This document shows, one piece after another, positions 1 through 9,665 of a stretch of 64,000 nucleotides of DNA. Each line of letters begins with the position of its first letter. Position 1 is the first letter of the stretch. This DNA is from Anaerohalosphaeraceae bacterium (GTDB taxonomy: Bacteria > Planctomycetota > Phycisphaerae > Sedimentisphaerales > Anaerohalosphaeraceae). Position numbers and translations under genes: made by a program. The notes beneath the pieces are model-generated. The model was not told where the DNA came from. It worked only from the letters and a program-made list of their open reading frames with translations, and did not search any database. The stretch is from positions 608,001 through 672,000 of the forward strand of contig CAXXSL010000013.1 of NCBI GenBank assembly GCA_963675525.2, read 5' to 3'.

Positions 1-1
1 C

Positions 2-508
2 GAAAAAATCGGGCTGGATATTGTCGGCATTAGCATCTGGCCGGTCGCCATGATCAAAAGTTTTACATGCTTTTTCTGCAGACGTGAAAATGAACAGGAT
101 AAAATCGCAATCCTGCTCAGCATTGGAACGGAACACACAAATGTCGTTATCACACGCGGGTCGGAACTGCTGTTCGCACGCGTTGTAAGTATTGGACATA
201 CACAACTGGAACAAGGGCAAATGGTGCAGCGTCTGTTTTCAGAAATTGACGCCTGTATTCGCTATTTTGAGTCCAGTTCAGGAAACCTCCAGATCCAGCG
301 ACTGCTTTTCCTTACGGGCAGTGGTGTCAGTCCCGCTCTCTGCGAGAAAGTCGCTGAGATGGCACAGCGTATACAGGTTCCTGCTCAGGTCGGTGATGTC
401 TTAAGTGCTATCGAAATTAACCGGGGACCCGATTGTCTGATCGACCGCCGAAACAGCCGGACCGACTGGGCAACAACATTCGGGCTAAGTTTAGATGGAT
501 TCAAATAA
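2..508 (+). CDS. pilM: Type IV pilus assembly protein PilM-like, 5'-truncated by the window edge
   Basis: Frame is open from position 2. Actin-like PilM C-terminal motifs (SIGTEHTNVVI, LFARVVSIG, IRYFES, FLTGSG, FGLSL). First gene of a pilM-N-O-like run. Confidence 0.7.
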   Translation, partial: EKIGLDIVGISIWPVAMIKSFTCFFCRRENEQDKIAILLSIGTEHTNVVITRGSELLFARVVSIGHTQLEQGQMVQRLFSEIDACIRYFESSSGNLQIQRLLFLTGSGVSPALCEKVAEMAQRIQVPAQVGDVLSAIEINRGPDCLIDRRNSRTDWATTFGLSLDGFK

Positions 509-522
509 AAAAGGTTGCGATT

Positions 523-1227
523 ATGACTACAATTAATTTCGTCCCAAATGATTATATGGAACAGCGGCAATCGAGCAGAGCAAACCTGCTGTACTTAATG
601 TTGTTGACGGCAATGCTCGGAGCCATCGGCGTAACGTTCGGTTTTATTAAGATGCGTCAGCATTCGGTGCAGGCAGAACTGGCCAACCTCAATTCACGAA
701 TGAGCAAGGCCCACGAGCAGATCGCCCAACTGGAAGAACTGAAAACCAAAAGCAAAACCATGATGAAAACCATGGTGATGACGGCTGAATTGCTGGAACC
801 GATACCCCGGAGTATTATCCTGGCCTCTTTGACCAATGACCTGCCTTCCGGCGTGTCACTGACCGAACTGAATCTGAACACGAAAGAGATCAAAACTTAC
901 AAGCCCATTAACAAAGCCGCCGCTACCGGCAGTCAATATGCCGGAAAAAGCGCGGCACAATCACAAACAGCAGAAGCCGAAATCAAAACCGAAACCGGTT
1001 TAAACCTAAAAGGGATCGCCCCCAGCGACATTCAGGTTGCCAGCTATATCGCTCGGCTCAGTCAATCGATTCTGCTGGACAATGTGGAACTGGTGGAGTC
1101 CAAAGAACTTGAAATTGAGGGAATTAAGTTTCGCGAATTTTGTCTCAAAGCCATGCTTAAGCCCAACCTGACACTGTCCAAAGATGCCATCAACGAAATT
1201 CGCCAAAAATCCAACGAAACAATCTAA
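523..1227 (+). CDS. pilN: PilN-like pilus alignment protein
   Basis: MTTINFVP start, one TM helix, coiled coil, LPSGVSLTEL and LKGIAPSDIQVASYI motifs typical of PilN. ATG at 523 preferred over the ORF-track start at 433. Confidence 0.7.
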   Translation: MTTINFVPNDYMEQRQSSRANLLYLMLLTAMLGAIGVTFGFIKMRQHSVQAELANLNSRMSKAHEQIAQLEELKTKSKTMMKTMVMTAELLEPIPRSIILASLTNDLPSGVSLTELNLNTKEIKTYKPINKAAATGSQYAGKSAAQSQTAEAEIKTETGLNLKGIAPSDIQVASYIARLSQSILLDNVELVESKELEIEGIKFREFCLKAMLKPNLTLSKDAINEIRQKSNETI

Positions 1228-1268
1228 ATAAAAAAACAGTCAGGAACCAAAACGGAAAGGAACCTGAA

Positions 1269-1802
1269 ATGAACAGTAGTATGCGACACCTGATTTTTTT
1301 CGTCCTCATCATTGGAATGGCCTATGTATCATGGGCATACATGATCAAGCCCGCCAATCAGTACCTGACAGAGGAACGCTCGAAAATGGAAATCCAGAGG
1401 GCCAAGCTTAATGAACTGGAGCGAGCGACAGCCGCCGCCGAAGATCTCAGTGATCAGCTCAAAAAGATCGAAGACGCGATCCAGGTTTTCGAAAGCAAGC
1501 TGCCGCCCAGCAGTGAAATCCACACGATTCTGGAAAATGTCACGCTGATCGCGCAGCGGCACGGCCTGACTCCTAAGACAATCCGGACGCTGAAAAACGA
1601 AGAAAACCGCGGCTATATCGAACAGCCGATTGAGATGGAATTAGACGGAAACTTTAACGCTTATTATGCCTTTCTGCTGGAACTGGAAAAGCTCGATCGA
1701 ATCACTAAGATCCGTGAATTAAAGCTGAAGAAAAAATCGAAACATGAAGGGCAAACCGATGCGAAATTTGTCATGAGCATCTTTTTCCAGGGTGCCGCAT
1801 AA
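1269..1802 (+). CDS. pilO: PilO-like pilus alignment protein
   Basis: N-terminal TM, coiled coil, KLPPSSEI, PIEMELDGNF...FLLELEKLDRI pattern. Follows pilN. Confidence 0.75.
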   Translation: MNSSMRHLIFFVLIIGMAYVSWAYMIKPANQYLTEERSKMEIQRAKLNELERATAAAEDLSDQLKKIEDAIQVFESKLPPSSEIHTILENVTLIAQRHGLTPKTIRTLKNEENRGYIEQPIEMELDGNFNAYYAFLLELEKLDRITKIRELKLKKKSKHEGQTDAKFVMSIFFQGAA

Positions 1803-1829
1803 AAAACCTTTTTCTCTTGGAGATGGATT

Positions 1830-2492
1830 ATGCTTTCTTATCTAAAAGACGGACAAAGTCAGACTCCTGCGGGCGCTGACATGCAGGACTCGCAATCCGA
1901 ACAGGATGGCAGTCTCTGCCAACAACAGGATTTTTTAACCGTTTCCGGCCATGGCAAAAAACTGCGACAAAGCACAATCACGCTGATCGCGCTATTCGCC
2001 GTCGCGGCCGCCGTGGTATGGTTCATGGTTAAGAAAACCACACCCGCATCCGCTACCGCCGCGCCTAACAGCGACCAGGCACAACTGGAAGCGGCACTGG
2101 CACAGCTAAACACCATGCAGACGGAGATGAATACGCAGATGGATTCCGTCGTGGGAAAGTTCTATCAATTCAATAATATCGAGCAGATCGAAGTCAATGA
2201 ATTAAAGAAGAACCCTTTTAAACGTGAATTCAACGAGGCCAAACAGGACGTGGACACACAGAATATGGCCGAAAACGAATTACGGTTCCTTCGCGATAAG
2301 ATTCAACGACAGGCCGAAGAAATGGAACTCTGGAGTATCACGTCAACCCCCAAAGGTATGTGCTGCATGATTAACGACAAACTGCTGTATCAAGGCGACA
2401 GCCTGGACGGAATGACGGTCAAGGAAATCGGCGAAAAAACCGTAACGCTGGAATGTAATGGAATCACTGTTGAAATAAAGATGAGCGAATGA
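1830..2492 (+). CDS. Membrane-anchored pilus/T2SS accessory protein (PilP/GspB/C-like position)
   Basis: TM helix, KNPF motif and C-terminal CMINDKLLYQGD...VKEI..VTL beta domain. Operon position. Confidence 0.5.
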   Translation: MLSYLKDGQSQTPAGADMQDSQSEQDGSLCQQQDFLTVSGHGKKLRQSTITLIALFAVAAAVVWFMVKKTTPASATAAPNSDQAQLEAALAQLNTMQTEMNTQMDSVVGKFYQFNNIEQIEVNELKKNPFKREFNEAKQDVDTQNMAENELRFLRDKIQRQAEEMELWSITSTPKGMCCMINDKLLYQGDSLDGMTVKEIGEKTVTLECNGITVEIKMSE

Positions 2493-4402
2493 AACGGCTA
2501 TTTAAGAAAAACGAACCGGACGTAGATTATTCCGAAACGATTGAACTGGACGCCGGGCAGACGGAACTGTCGCCCGGTCTGCGGAACTTGTACAGTCCGC
2601 AGCAGGCCGCTGTCAAAGCCAGGGTCCATGACGTACTCGACATCATGATCGAAGACGGGACCCTGCAGCAAGAGCAGGCTGACGAGATACGTTCTAACCA
2701 GAACACCTCGGGCACAGAGCTTGAAAAACTGCTTACGCAGAAAGGCATTGACGAAGAAGTTCTTGTACGCGCCAAGGCAAGGCTCTACGGTTTTGAATTC
2801 AAAAATCTCGTTCTTGAACAGGTCGACCGTAAAGCGTTTTCGATGCTGGATTTGAAATACATCAGAAGCAACTACCTGATGCCGTTCGAAATCAATGAAG
2901 ATGGTGCTCTGTTGGTCGCGACCACCAATCCGGCCAATGTCTTTGCCATCGATGATGTTAAACGTCTGACCAATATGAACGTGGACGTGGTCGTCTGCAC
3001 CAAGCAGGACATCGAGGCGATCTGCGAAGCATTGGATGACAGCAAATTTGATTACAACGTTGACGAAATCATGACCGACATGGATGATGTCGAATTGATC
3101 CAGGACAACGAAGAAGATGTTGAAGACCTTGAGAAAAGCGCCGGCGAATCACCCGTTATCAAGTTTGTCAACTACCTGCTCAGTAACGCCCTGCATGAAG
3201 GCGCCAGTGATATTCATATCGAGCCAAAGGAAAAATACACTAAAATCCGTTATCGTATCGACGGTGTGCTGTTCGATTCCAGGCAGGCGCCTTCCAAAAT
3301 GCACGCGGCCATTGTGTCACGAATCAAAATTATGTCCAATCTGGACATTTCCGAACGCCGGATACCGCAGGACGGAAAAATTGCTGTCATCATGGGCGGC
3401 CGCGGGATTGACCTGCGTGTCTCCGTATTGCCAACCTGTCACGGCGAGAAAGTCGTCATCCGTCTGCTGGACAGCAAGAGCATTATGATCAGCCTGGAAC
3501 AGTCGGGCATGGAAACACGCCTCCTGGACGCCTTCCGTGAACAGATTGCTCAACCGCATGGAATTTTGCTGGTAACCGGACCGACCGGAAGCGGCAAAAG
3601 CACCACCCTCTATTCGGCATTGGCCCAGATGGACAGCGATCGCCTGAATGTCTCGACGGTCGAAGACCCTGTCGAATATAATCTTGAATTTTGTAATCAG
3701 GTCCAGGTGAATGAAAAAACAGGCCTGACGTTTTCCGGCGCGCTGCGGTCCCTGCTGCGGCAGGACCCCGATATTATCATGATCGGAGAAGTCCGCGATT
3801 CGGAAACAGCCCGTATCGCCGTGCAGGCCGCATTAACGGGGCATCTGGTATTATCAACACTGCATACCAATGATGCTCCCAGTAGTATTTCACGTCTGGT
3901 CAACATCGGAATCGAACCGTATCTGATCGCAGCATCATTAAATGGCGTCCTCGCGCAGCGACTCGTTCGCCGCATTTGCGATCACTGCAAAGAACCTTAT
4001 ACGGCACCCGATAACCTCCGGAAATATCTGGATATCGCACAGATCCAGCCACATGAGCTTTTACACGGTAAAGGCTGTGACAAGTGCCGCAACAGCGGAT
4101 ATGCCGGGCGATGCGGAATCCATGAACTCCTGGTTATTGACGACGAATTCCGCCAAATCATCAATGCTGATTCAGCGGTGAGCAATATGCGACAAGCTTT
4201 CCGTGAATCCGGCTGGCCAAACTTGTTCGAAGATGGGCTGCAAAAAGTTAAGAAAGGAATCACAACGATCGCTGAAATACTTCGCGTCGCCGAAGTGGCT
4301 GATGCCGCCGATATACCGAACGACCAGGCGGAGAATTATTGTAACGAAAATAATCACTCTCAATGCCAGGATAACGAACCCATTTATCAGGAACAGGGCT
4401 AG
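2489..4402 (+). CDS. pilB: PilB/GspE-family extension ATPase with N-terminal domain
   Basis: ASDIHIEP, Walker A GPTGSGKST, LRQDPDIIMIGEVRD, TGHLVLSTLHTND, tetracysteine motif (CDHC...CDKC). Confidence 0.92.
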   Translation: MKRLFKKNEPDVDYSETIELDAGQTELSPGLRNLYSPQQAAVKARVHDVLDIMIEDGTLQQEQADEIRSNQNTSGTELEKLLTQKGIDEEVLVRAKARLYGFEFKNLVLEQVDRKAFSMLDLKYIRSNYLMPFEINEDGALLVATTNPANVFAIDDVKRLTNMNVDVVVCTKQDIEAICEALDDSKFDYNVDEIMTDMDDVELIQDNEEDVEDLEKSAGESPVIKFVNYLLSNALHEGASDIHIEPKEKYTKIRYRIDGVLFDSRQAPSKMHAAIVSRIKIMSNLDISERRIPQDGKIAVIMGGRGIDLRVSVLPTCHGEKVVIRLLDSKSIMISLEQSGMETRLLDAFREQIAQPHGILLVTGPTGSGKSTTLYSALAQMDSDRLNVSTVEDPVEYNLEFCNQVQVNEKTGLTFSGALRSLLRQDPDIIMIGEVRDSETARIAVQAALTGHLVLSTLHTNDAPSSISRLVNIGIEPYLIAASLNGVLAQRLVRRICDHCKEPYTAPDNLRKYLDIAQIQPHELLHGKGCDKCRNSGYAGRCGIHELLVIDDEFRQIINADSAVSNMRQAFRESGWPNLFEDGLQKVKKGITTIAEILRVAEVADAADIPNDQAENYCNENNHSQCQDNEPIYQEQG

Positions 4403-4429
4403 CCTAAATAGTCTGTCTGGAGATATAAA

Positions 4430-5518
4430 ATGATTGATACGAAACAAATGCTGGCAACCGCGATTCAAAGTGGGGCCTCTGATGTTCACATTAATTCGGA
4501 CATGCCCCCGATCATGCGAATCAATACCGATCTGGTGATGATGGATTTGCCCGAGTTGTCAAATGACGAAGCCGGACAAATGATCATGGAATTGGTGGGC
4601 GAAGCAAAATTCAAAAAATACCTCGAAAAACGGGACCTGGACTTCTCTACAATGATCGACGACGGCAGCCGTTTTCGTGTGAATGCGCATTTCCAGAAAG
4701 AATCTTTTGCCATTTCTTTCCGCGCCATCTCTAACCAGATCCCTGACATCGAAGATCTGCATCTGCCAGACGTTGTCTCGGAATTAACGGATCTGCCCCG
4801 CGGACTGGTCGTCGTCACCGGACACACCGGTTCCGGTAAAAGTACATCGCTGGCGTCGATGGTTAACGTCATCAATCGCAAATACAGAAAACGCATTATC
4901 ACCCTTGAAGACCCCATTGAATATATGATGGCGAACAAGTCCTCGATGATCGAACAGCGGGAAGTCGGCGCCGATTGCTCAACCTTTGCGTCCGGACTTC
5001 GGCACGCCTTGCGGCAAGACCCCGATATCATCCTGGTGGGTGAAATGCGAGACCTCGAAACAACCAGCTCGACCATTACCGCGGCAGAAACCGGACACCT
5101 GGTCTTCTCGACACTGCATACCGTCAATGCCTCTCAAACCGTTGAGCGTATTATTGATATCTACCCCGCCAGCCAGCAGAACCAGATCCGCGCCATGCTC
5201 TCAAACACCCTGCAGGCTGTTATTTCGCAAACATTGTTCAGACGCGTCGACCAACCGGGCATGGTGCCCTGCGTCGAGATCCTTCTCTGTACCTCGGCTG
5301 TCAGAAACTGCATCCGTGAAAACAGGGTTTTTGAAATCCCCAACATCATCGAAACCTCTCGCAGGTTGGGAATGCAGACGATGGATCACAGTATCCAGCA
5401 GATGTATATCCAGGGATTTATTGACCGCGATGAAGCCATCATGCGTTCCAGCAACCCCGGCAAAATGGAAAAAGTGCTGCCCCCGTCGCCCGAACCCGCC
5501 CTGCAGGCACAGGAATAA
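4430..5518 (+). CDS. pilT: PilT/PilU-family retraction ATPase
   Basis: ASDVHI, GHTGSGKST, EDPIEY, LRQDPDIILVGEMRD, AETGHLVFSTLHT, AVRNCIRE (AIRNLIRE-like), GMQTMD. Confidence 0.92.
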   Translation: MIDTKQMLATAIQSGASDVHINSDMPPIMRINTDLVMMDLPELSNDEAGQMIMELVGEAKFKKYLEKRDLDFSTMIDDGSRFRVNAHFQKESFAISFRAISNQIPDIEDLHLPDVVSELTDLPRGLVVVTGHTGSGKSTSLASMVNVINRKYRKRIITLEDPIEYMMANKSSMIEQREVGADCSTFASGLRHALRQDPDIILVGEMRDLETTSSTITAAETGHLVFSTLHTVNASQTVERIIDIYPASQQNQIRAMLSNTLQAVISQTLFRRVDQPGMVPCVEILLCTSAVRNCIRENRVFEIPNIIETSRRLGMQTMDHSIQQMYIQGFIDRDEAIMRSSNPGKMEKVLPPSPEPALQAQE

Positions 5519-5544
5519 CTTTGAATTGATAAGGAAGATGTCCA

Positions 5545-6714
5545 ATGTCATTCATGGAAAAACTAAAAAAACCGGAAACAAATTCGAACAAAAGCGACCG
5601 CAACTACCATGCCGCAGCCGCAATCTCTTCCACTACAACCGGACCGTCTAAAAAAGGCGGCTTCAGAGTCGAATTCGGGCCCAGCAGAAAAGATATCCTT
5701 AACTTTACCAATCAGTTGGCCGTGATGATCCGTGCCGGTATCAGCCTGCAGGATTCCCTCGAATCCATTGGCACACAAATTCAAAAAGAAAAATTCCGCC
5801 TCGTGGTGCTGGACTTAAAAGAACGTATTGAAGCCGGACAGAGTTTCTCCCAGGCGTTGGGTGAACATCCCGAAGTCTTCACAAACTTATACATCAACAT
5901 GATCGCCGCGGCGGAAATCTCCGGCTCCATGAGTTCTATGCTCCAGCAGTTGGTCGAATATCTCGACCAGGAAGCCGACACACGCAATCAGGTCATCAGT
6001 GCCATGGTCTATCCGGTTATCATTCTGGTTATGGCTGTTACTTGTGTGACGTTTCTATTGACCTTTGTACTGCCCCGATTCCTTATGGTCTTCGCCGGAA
6101 AGGAACACCTGCTGCCGGCTCCGACGAAAATCATCATGGCCACAAGCATGATCATGCGGCACTATTGGTTCATTATTTTCCCGGCAATTGGCGGCGGCGT
6201 CATGGGCTTCTGGTACTTTACCAACAAAACCCCCATTGGAAAATACTGGTGGGACAAGACTAAACTGGCGTTGCCCCTGTTAAAAAACTTATGCCGAAGC
6301 CTGTATATTACACGCAGTCTGCATACGATGGGCGTACTGACCAATGCCGGCGTGCCGATCCTTGACACCCTGTCCATCACCTCTTATATCAGCGGAAACA
6401 TGCTGTTTGAAAACATGTGGAAAGGCGTCCATGAAGAAGTTCGGCAAGGTAAAAAAATTGCCCCCAGCATGGACCGATACGGACTGATGCCCGCCAATGT
6501 GGTACAGATGCTTCAGAGCGGCGAAGAATCCGGAACATTAGGAGATGTCCTGCGCGATATTTCTGATTTTTACGGGCGCGAATTAAAGACTGTCATTAAA
6601 ACCGTCACCAGCATGATCGAACCTATCATGATCGTCCTGATGGGCGTCCTGGTCGGCTTTATCGCGATGAGTATTATTCTGCCCATCTTCAAAATGTCCA
6701 GCGTTGTCAGCTAA
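5545..6714 (+). CDS. pilC: PilC/GspF inner-membrane platform protein
   Basis: FTNQLAVMIRAGI, AAEISG, SAMVYP, GEESGTL, MIEP...ILPIF: two T2SSF domains. Confidence 0.92.
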   Translation: MSFMEKLKKPETNSNKSDRNYHAAAAISSTTTGPSKKGGFRVEFGPSRKDILNFTNQLAVMIRAGISLQDSLESIGTQIQKEKFRLVVLDLKERIEAGQSFSQALGEHPEVFTNLYINMIAAAEISGSMSSMLQQLVEYLDQEADTRNQVISAMVYPVIILVMAVTCVTFLLTFVLPRFLMVFAGKEHLLPAPTKIIMATSMIMRHYWFIIFPAIGGGVMGFWYFTNKTPIGKYWWDKTKLALPLLKNLCRSLYITRSLHTMGVLTNAGVPILDTLSITSYISGNMLFENMWKGVHEEVRQGKKIAPSMDRYGLMPANVVQMLQSGEESGTLGDVLRDISDFYGRELKTVIKTVTSMIEPIMIVLMGVLVGFIAMSIILPIFKMSSVVS

Positions 6715-6742
6715 GAACCACTGGCTTGTCGGAGACCGAATT

Positions 6743-7174
6743 ATGAAAACAAAACGTAAACGACATTCAAGCGGCTTCACGCTGATCGAGGTTCTTTTTG
6801 CCGCAATGCTGATCGGACTGGTCATTGCCGCGATCGCCGTTTCAAGCAGTGCTTCGACCATGGTCAACGGTGCCGGCATAAATATGTCCACCGCCGAATT
6901 CCTGATCGAAGAAATACGCGAACAAACCGCTTCGATGACATTCGACGAGATCGTCGCATACACGGCGAGTCCTATCAATCCACCGATCGATATCAGTGGT
7001 GCGGCCATGGCTGAGTTCAGCGCTTTTTCGCAGCAGGTAACCGTCCAATACGTCAATCCGTCAAACCTGGAAAGCCCTGTCGCCGGGCCTACCGATTTTG
7101 TTCGCGTGACGGTTACAATTACAAAAAATAATGTCCCTGTCAGCTCGGCGAACTGGATTCGGGCACGATTATAA
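6743..7174 (+). CDS. Minor (pseudo)pilin with prepilin cleavage motif (PilV/GspI-like)
   Basis: Basic leader, then G^FTLIE and a hydrophobic helix. ATG at 6743 follows GGAG. Confidence 0.8.
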   Translation: MKTKRKRHSSGFTLIEVLFAAMLIGLVIAAIAVSSSASTMVNGAGINMSTAEFLIEEIREQTASMTFDEIVAYTASPINPPIDISGAAMAEFSAFSQQVTVQYVNPSNLESPVAGPTDFVRVTVTITKNNVPVSSANWIRARL

Positions 7175-7186
7175 TCTTGAGAGAAG

Positions 7187-7708
7187 GTGGACATGAAATC
7201 CGCAAATCAAACAAATCGAAACGGCTTTACGATCATTGAAATATTGATGGCACTGGCCATTCTGGCGATTCTGATGGCCGCCGTAGGACTGGCCTTTGAC
7301 GCATCGGTGACAAATTATCAAGCCAACGAGGGCATCTATAAAACGCTCAATACCGCCCGGCAGGCCTTATTGCGAATGACCACCGAACTGCGAACAGCGG
7401 ATACCGTTGCGACGGAGACGGACGACTCACCCAATCAAAATTCAAAAATCAGTCTCATCACCAATAATGGGGAAAATATAACCTACCGATTTAACAGCGC
7501 CGACAATACGCTTTATTATGACGACAACAACACCGGCTCAAGTTATGTGCTGTGTGAAAATGTAACGTCCATGACATTTAATCGTACCCCCCGCCCCGAC
7601 GATGCGAACATCATCCGCAGCGTACGTATTATTCTAACCGTCGCCGACGACCTCGGCCAGGTCACACAAACCCTCGCCACCGGAACCGTCATACGAAAAA
7701 ACCTGTAA
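7187..7708 (+). CDS. Minor (pseudo)pilin with prepilin cleavage motif (PilW/GspJ-like)
   Basis: NG^FTIIE class III signal and ARQALLRMTTELR motif. Confidence 0.8.
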   Translation: MDMKSANQTNRNGFTIIEILMALAILAILMAAVGLAFDASVTNYQANEGIYKTLNTARQALLRMTTELRTADTVATETDDSPNQNSKISLITNNGENITYRFNSADNTLYYDDNNTGSSYVLCENVTSMTFNRTPRPDDANIIRSVRIILTVADDLGQVTQTLATGTVIRKNL

Positions 7709-7793
7709 TAGTAACGCCGACATCATCATAACCGAATGCGCCGTCTGCCGCCTCCAGATCGAACACCTGGCCCACAAACCCGCCATCCACCCG
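7707..7793 (+). pseudogene. Orphan C-terminal fragment of a GlpC/CCG-type Fe-S oxidoreductase
   Basis: Translates as NSNADIIITECAVCRLQIEHLAHKPAIHP, resembling the ADxxxTxCxxCxxQI...HP end of CCG-domain proteins. No start codon; overlaps the pilin stop codon. Confidence 0.65.
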
Positions 7794-8210
7794 GCTTCTG
7801 AACCTTTTGAGTGGTTGTGTTATACTGATTTCTTGTACCGAAGTCAGGACTTTGCCCATCCTGCAATATTTTTTCACTCGACAAATATTTTTACGGAAGC
7901 CCTAAATTCTTTCTCAATAAAGTATTATCAATTTTGTTTCAGTATTTATACCGATGCAGCGTTACCGGACATAAGATATTTTGATTAACTTTTAGCTTGA
8001 TGTTTTATTTATTGTGCTATAGATTCGAAATATAGATTCCAAGGAGCTTCGTATTGGGATCGCGGTAGAGGGCAAAATTTGGAGGTGGCGTTAGGGAGAA
8101 GAAGGAACCATCCTTTTCGTACCTGTTTTAAAGTGCAGTGCTATGTTCTGTGCGCGCTATGCGCGATGACTTATGTATAGACTACGTGTAAACAGGAAAG
8201 GACCCAGGAG

Positions 8211-9629
8211 ATGAATCTCAAACCGTTCGCCAAATCATTCGTTTTTATATCTATCTGCATTTTATTACTTACAACTTCCCCTACGATGGCCGGGGATGCG
8301 ATCCTCGACCAAATAGATCAGTTGCGAAGGGCTGCTAATCAGGATAACTGTGCAGAGACGATCGATAAATTTCAGCAGATCATCGAAGACCATCCGGCCA
8401 CTGAGTATGCCATGAAGGCTCAAGCGGAGATTGCTGCGGTTTATGTTAAAGTTGGAAATACTGTGGCTGCTGATGCCGCTGTCCAGAATTTGATTACCAA
8501 CTATTCCAACGAGGATCGAGCCGGAAACTGTATCTGGCGGATTGCCGCTCAGTATTCACGTTCTGACGAACAGGAAAAAGCTAAACAATTGTGTGAAATG
8601 GCTTTAGCTACCTGGCCGAATCACTCCGAATACAAGCACACAGTCTCCAAACTGGCGGAAGTTTCCATCCGTCAGGCGGGATTTGATAACACCGACGCCG
8701 TTACGAAAGCGTTAATTGAGAAGTATCCTGATGACAAGGATATGATTCGGGATTATCTACGAAGAGAAGCAGCTCATTTTTCAAGATACGGGCATATCTC
8801 TCAGGCACAAAAAATGTCTCAAGCCATTCTTGAGAACTTCACGGCCGATGAGGGCGATATATGGGCCCATGCGGGCGTGGTGTCATCCTGTCTGATACTC
8901 GGGGACACGTCGAAGGCCGAAGCTGCGGTTGCCCGCTTGGTTTCCGGCTTTCAGGGAGACACGGATTTTGCTGAAACTGTCAATTGGCTGGCCGGTCAGT
9001 ATTTCAAAGCATCGGATTCTACAAAAGCCATACAGTTATATCAGTCGGTTTTAAGTCAGAATTCTGATTCTTACTTCCAGCTTATTGCTCACAAGGGATT
9101 AGCTCGCATCTATGTGAGTCTGGGTGATGCCGCCGGAGCGGATGAGGAGTTGGACACGATTGAACGTGATTATGGACAAGAGAAAGGTTTCACCGACGCT
9201 GTTTTTGAAATCGCTGAAGCCTGTTTTTTGCGTGCCCGCCAAGCATCGCAGGAGGATGATCAGGAGCAGGCCAATACAGACTTTTCCAGGGCCATTGCTA
9301 TCTGGCACAGAAACATCGATCGATTCGAGGATCCGCGTCGTTCGTGTCAGGCCTGGTATTATTTAGGCATGAGTTTTCAATGGTTCGAAGACTATATGAA
9401 AGCGTCCCAGGCCTATGCGAGTGCCTATCAGCAGGACCCCGAATTCGTCTATGCTGATTATTGCCTTTATGGCCAGGGGTATTGTGCTGAAATGCTGATG
9501 GCAGAAGGAAAAATTCCACAAGCAGATGCGATGACGACCATTGTAACACAGTATCAGGAGGTAATTTCAAAATTCCCTGATAGCGATTATGCAAAAGACG
9601 CGCAGTACTGGCTCGACGGTAACCTATAG
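8211..9629 (+). CDS. Secreted tetratricopeptide-repeat protein
   Basis: Signal peptide and repeated helical TPR-like units (e.g. QAWYYLG, YQEVISKFPDSDYAKDA). Confidence 0.75.
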   Translation: MNLKPFAKSFVFISICILLLTTSPTMAGDAILDQIDQLRRAANQDNCAETIDKFQQIIEDHPATEYAMKAQAEIAAVYVKVGNTVAADAAVQNLITNYSNEDRAGNCIWRIAAQYSRSDEQEKAKQLCEMALATWPNHSEYKHTVSKLAEVSIRQAGFDNTDAVTKALIEKYPDDKDMIRDYLRREAAHFSRYGHISQAQKMSQAILENFTADEGDIWAHAGVVSSCLILGDTSKAEAAVARLVSGFQGDTDFAETVNWLAGQYFKASDSTKAIQLYQSVLSQNSDSYFQLIAHKGLARIYVSLGDAAGADEELDTIERDYGQEKGFTDAVFEIAEACFLRARQASQEDDQEQANTDFSRAIAIWHRNIDRFEDPRRSCQAWYYLGMSFQWFEDYMKASQAYASAYQQDPEFVYADYCLYGQGYCAEMLMAEGKIPQADAMTTIVTQYQEVISKFPDSDYAKDAQYWLDGNL

Positions 9630-9665
9630 TAAAACAATCAGAGAAGAAAATATGAGGATCATATT

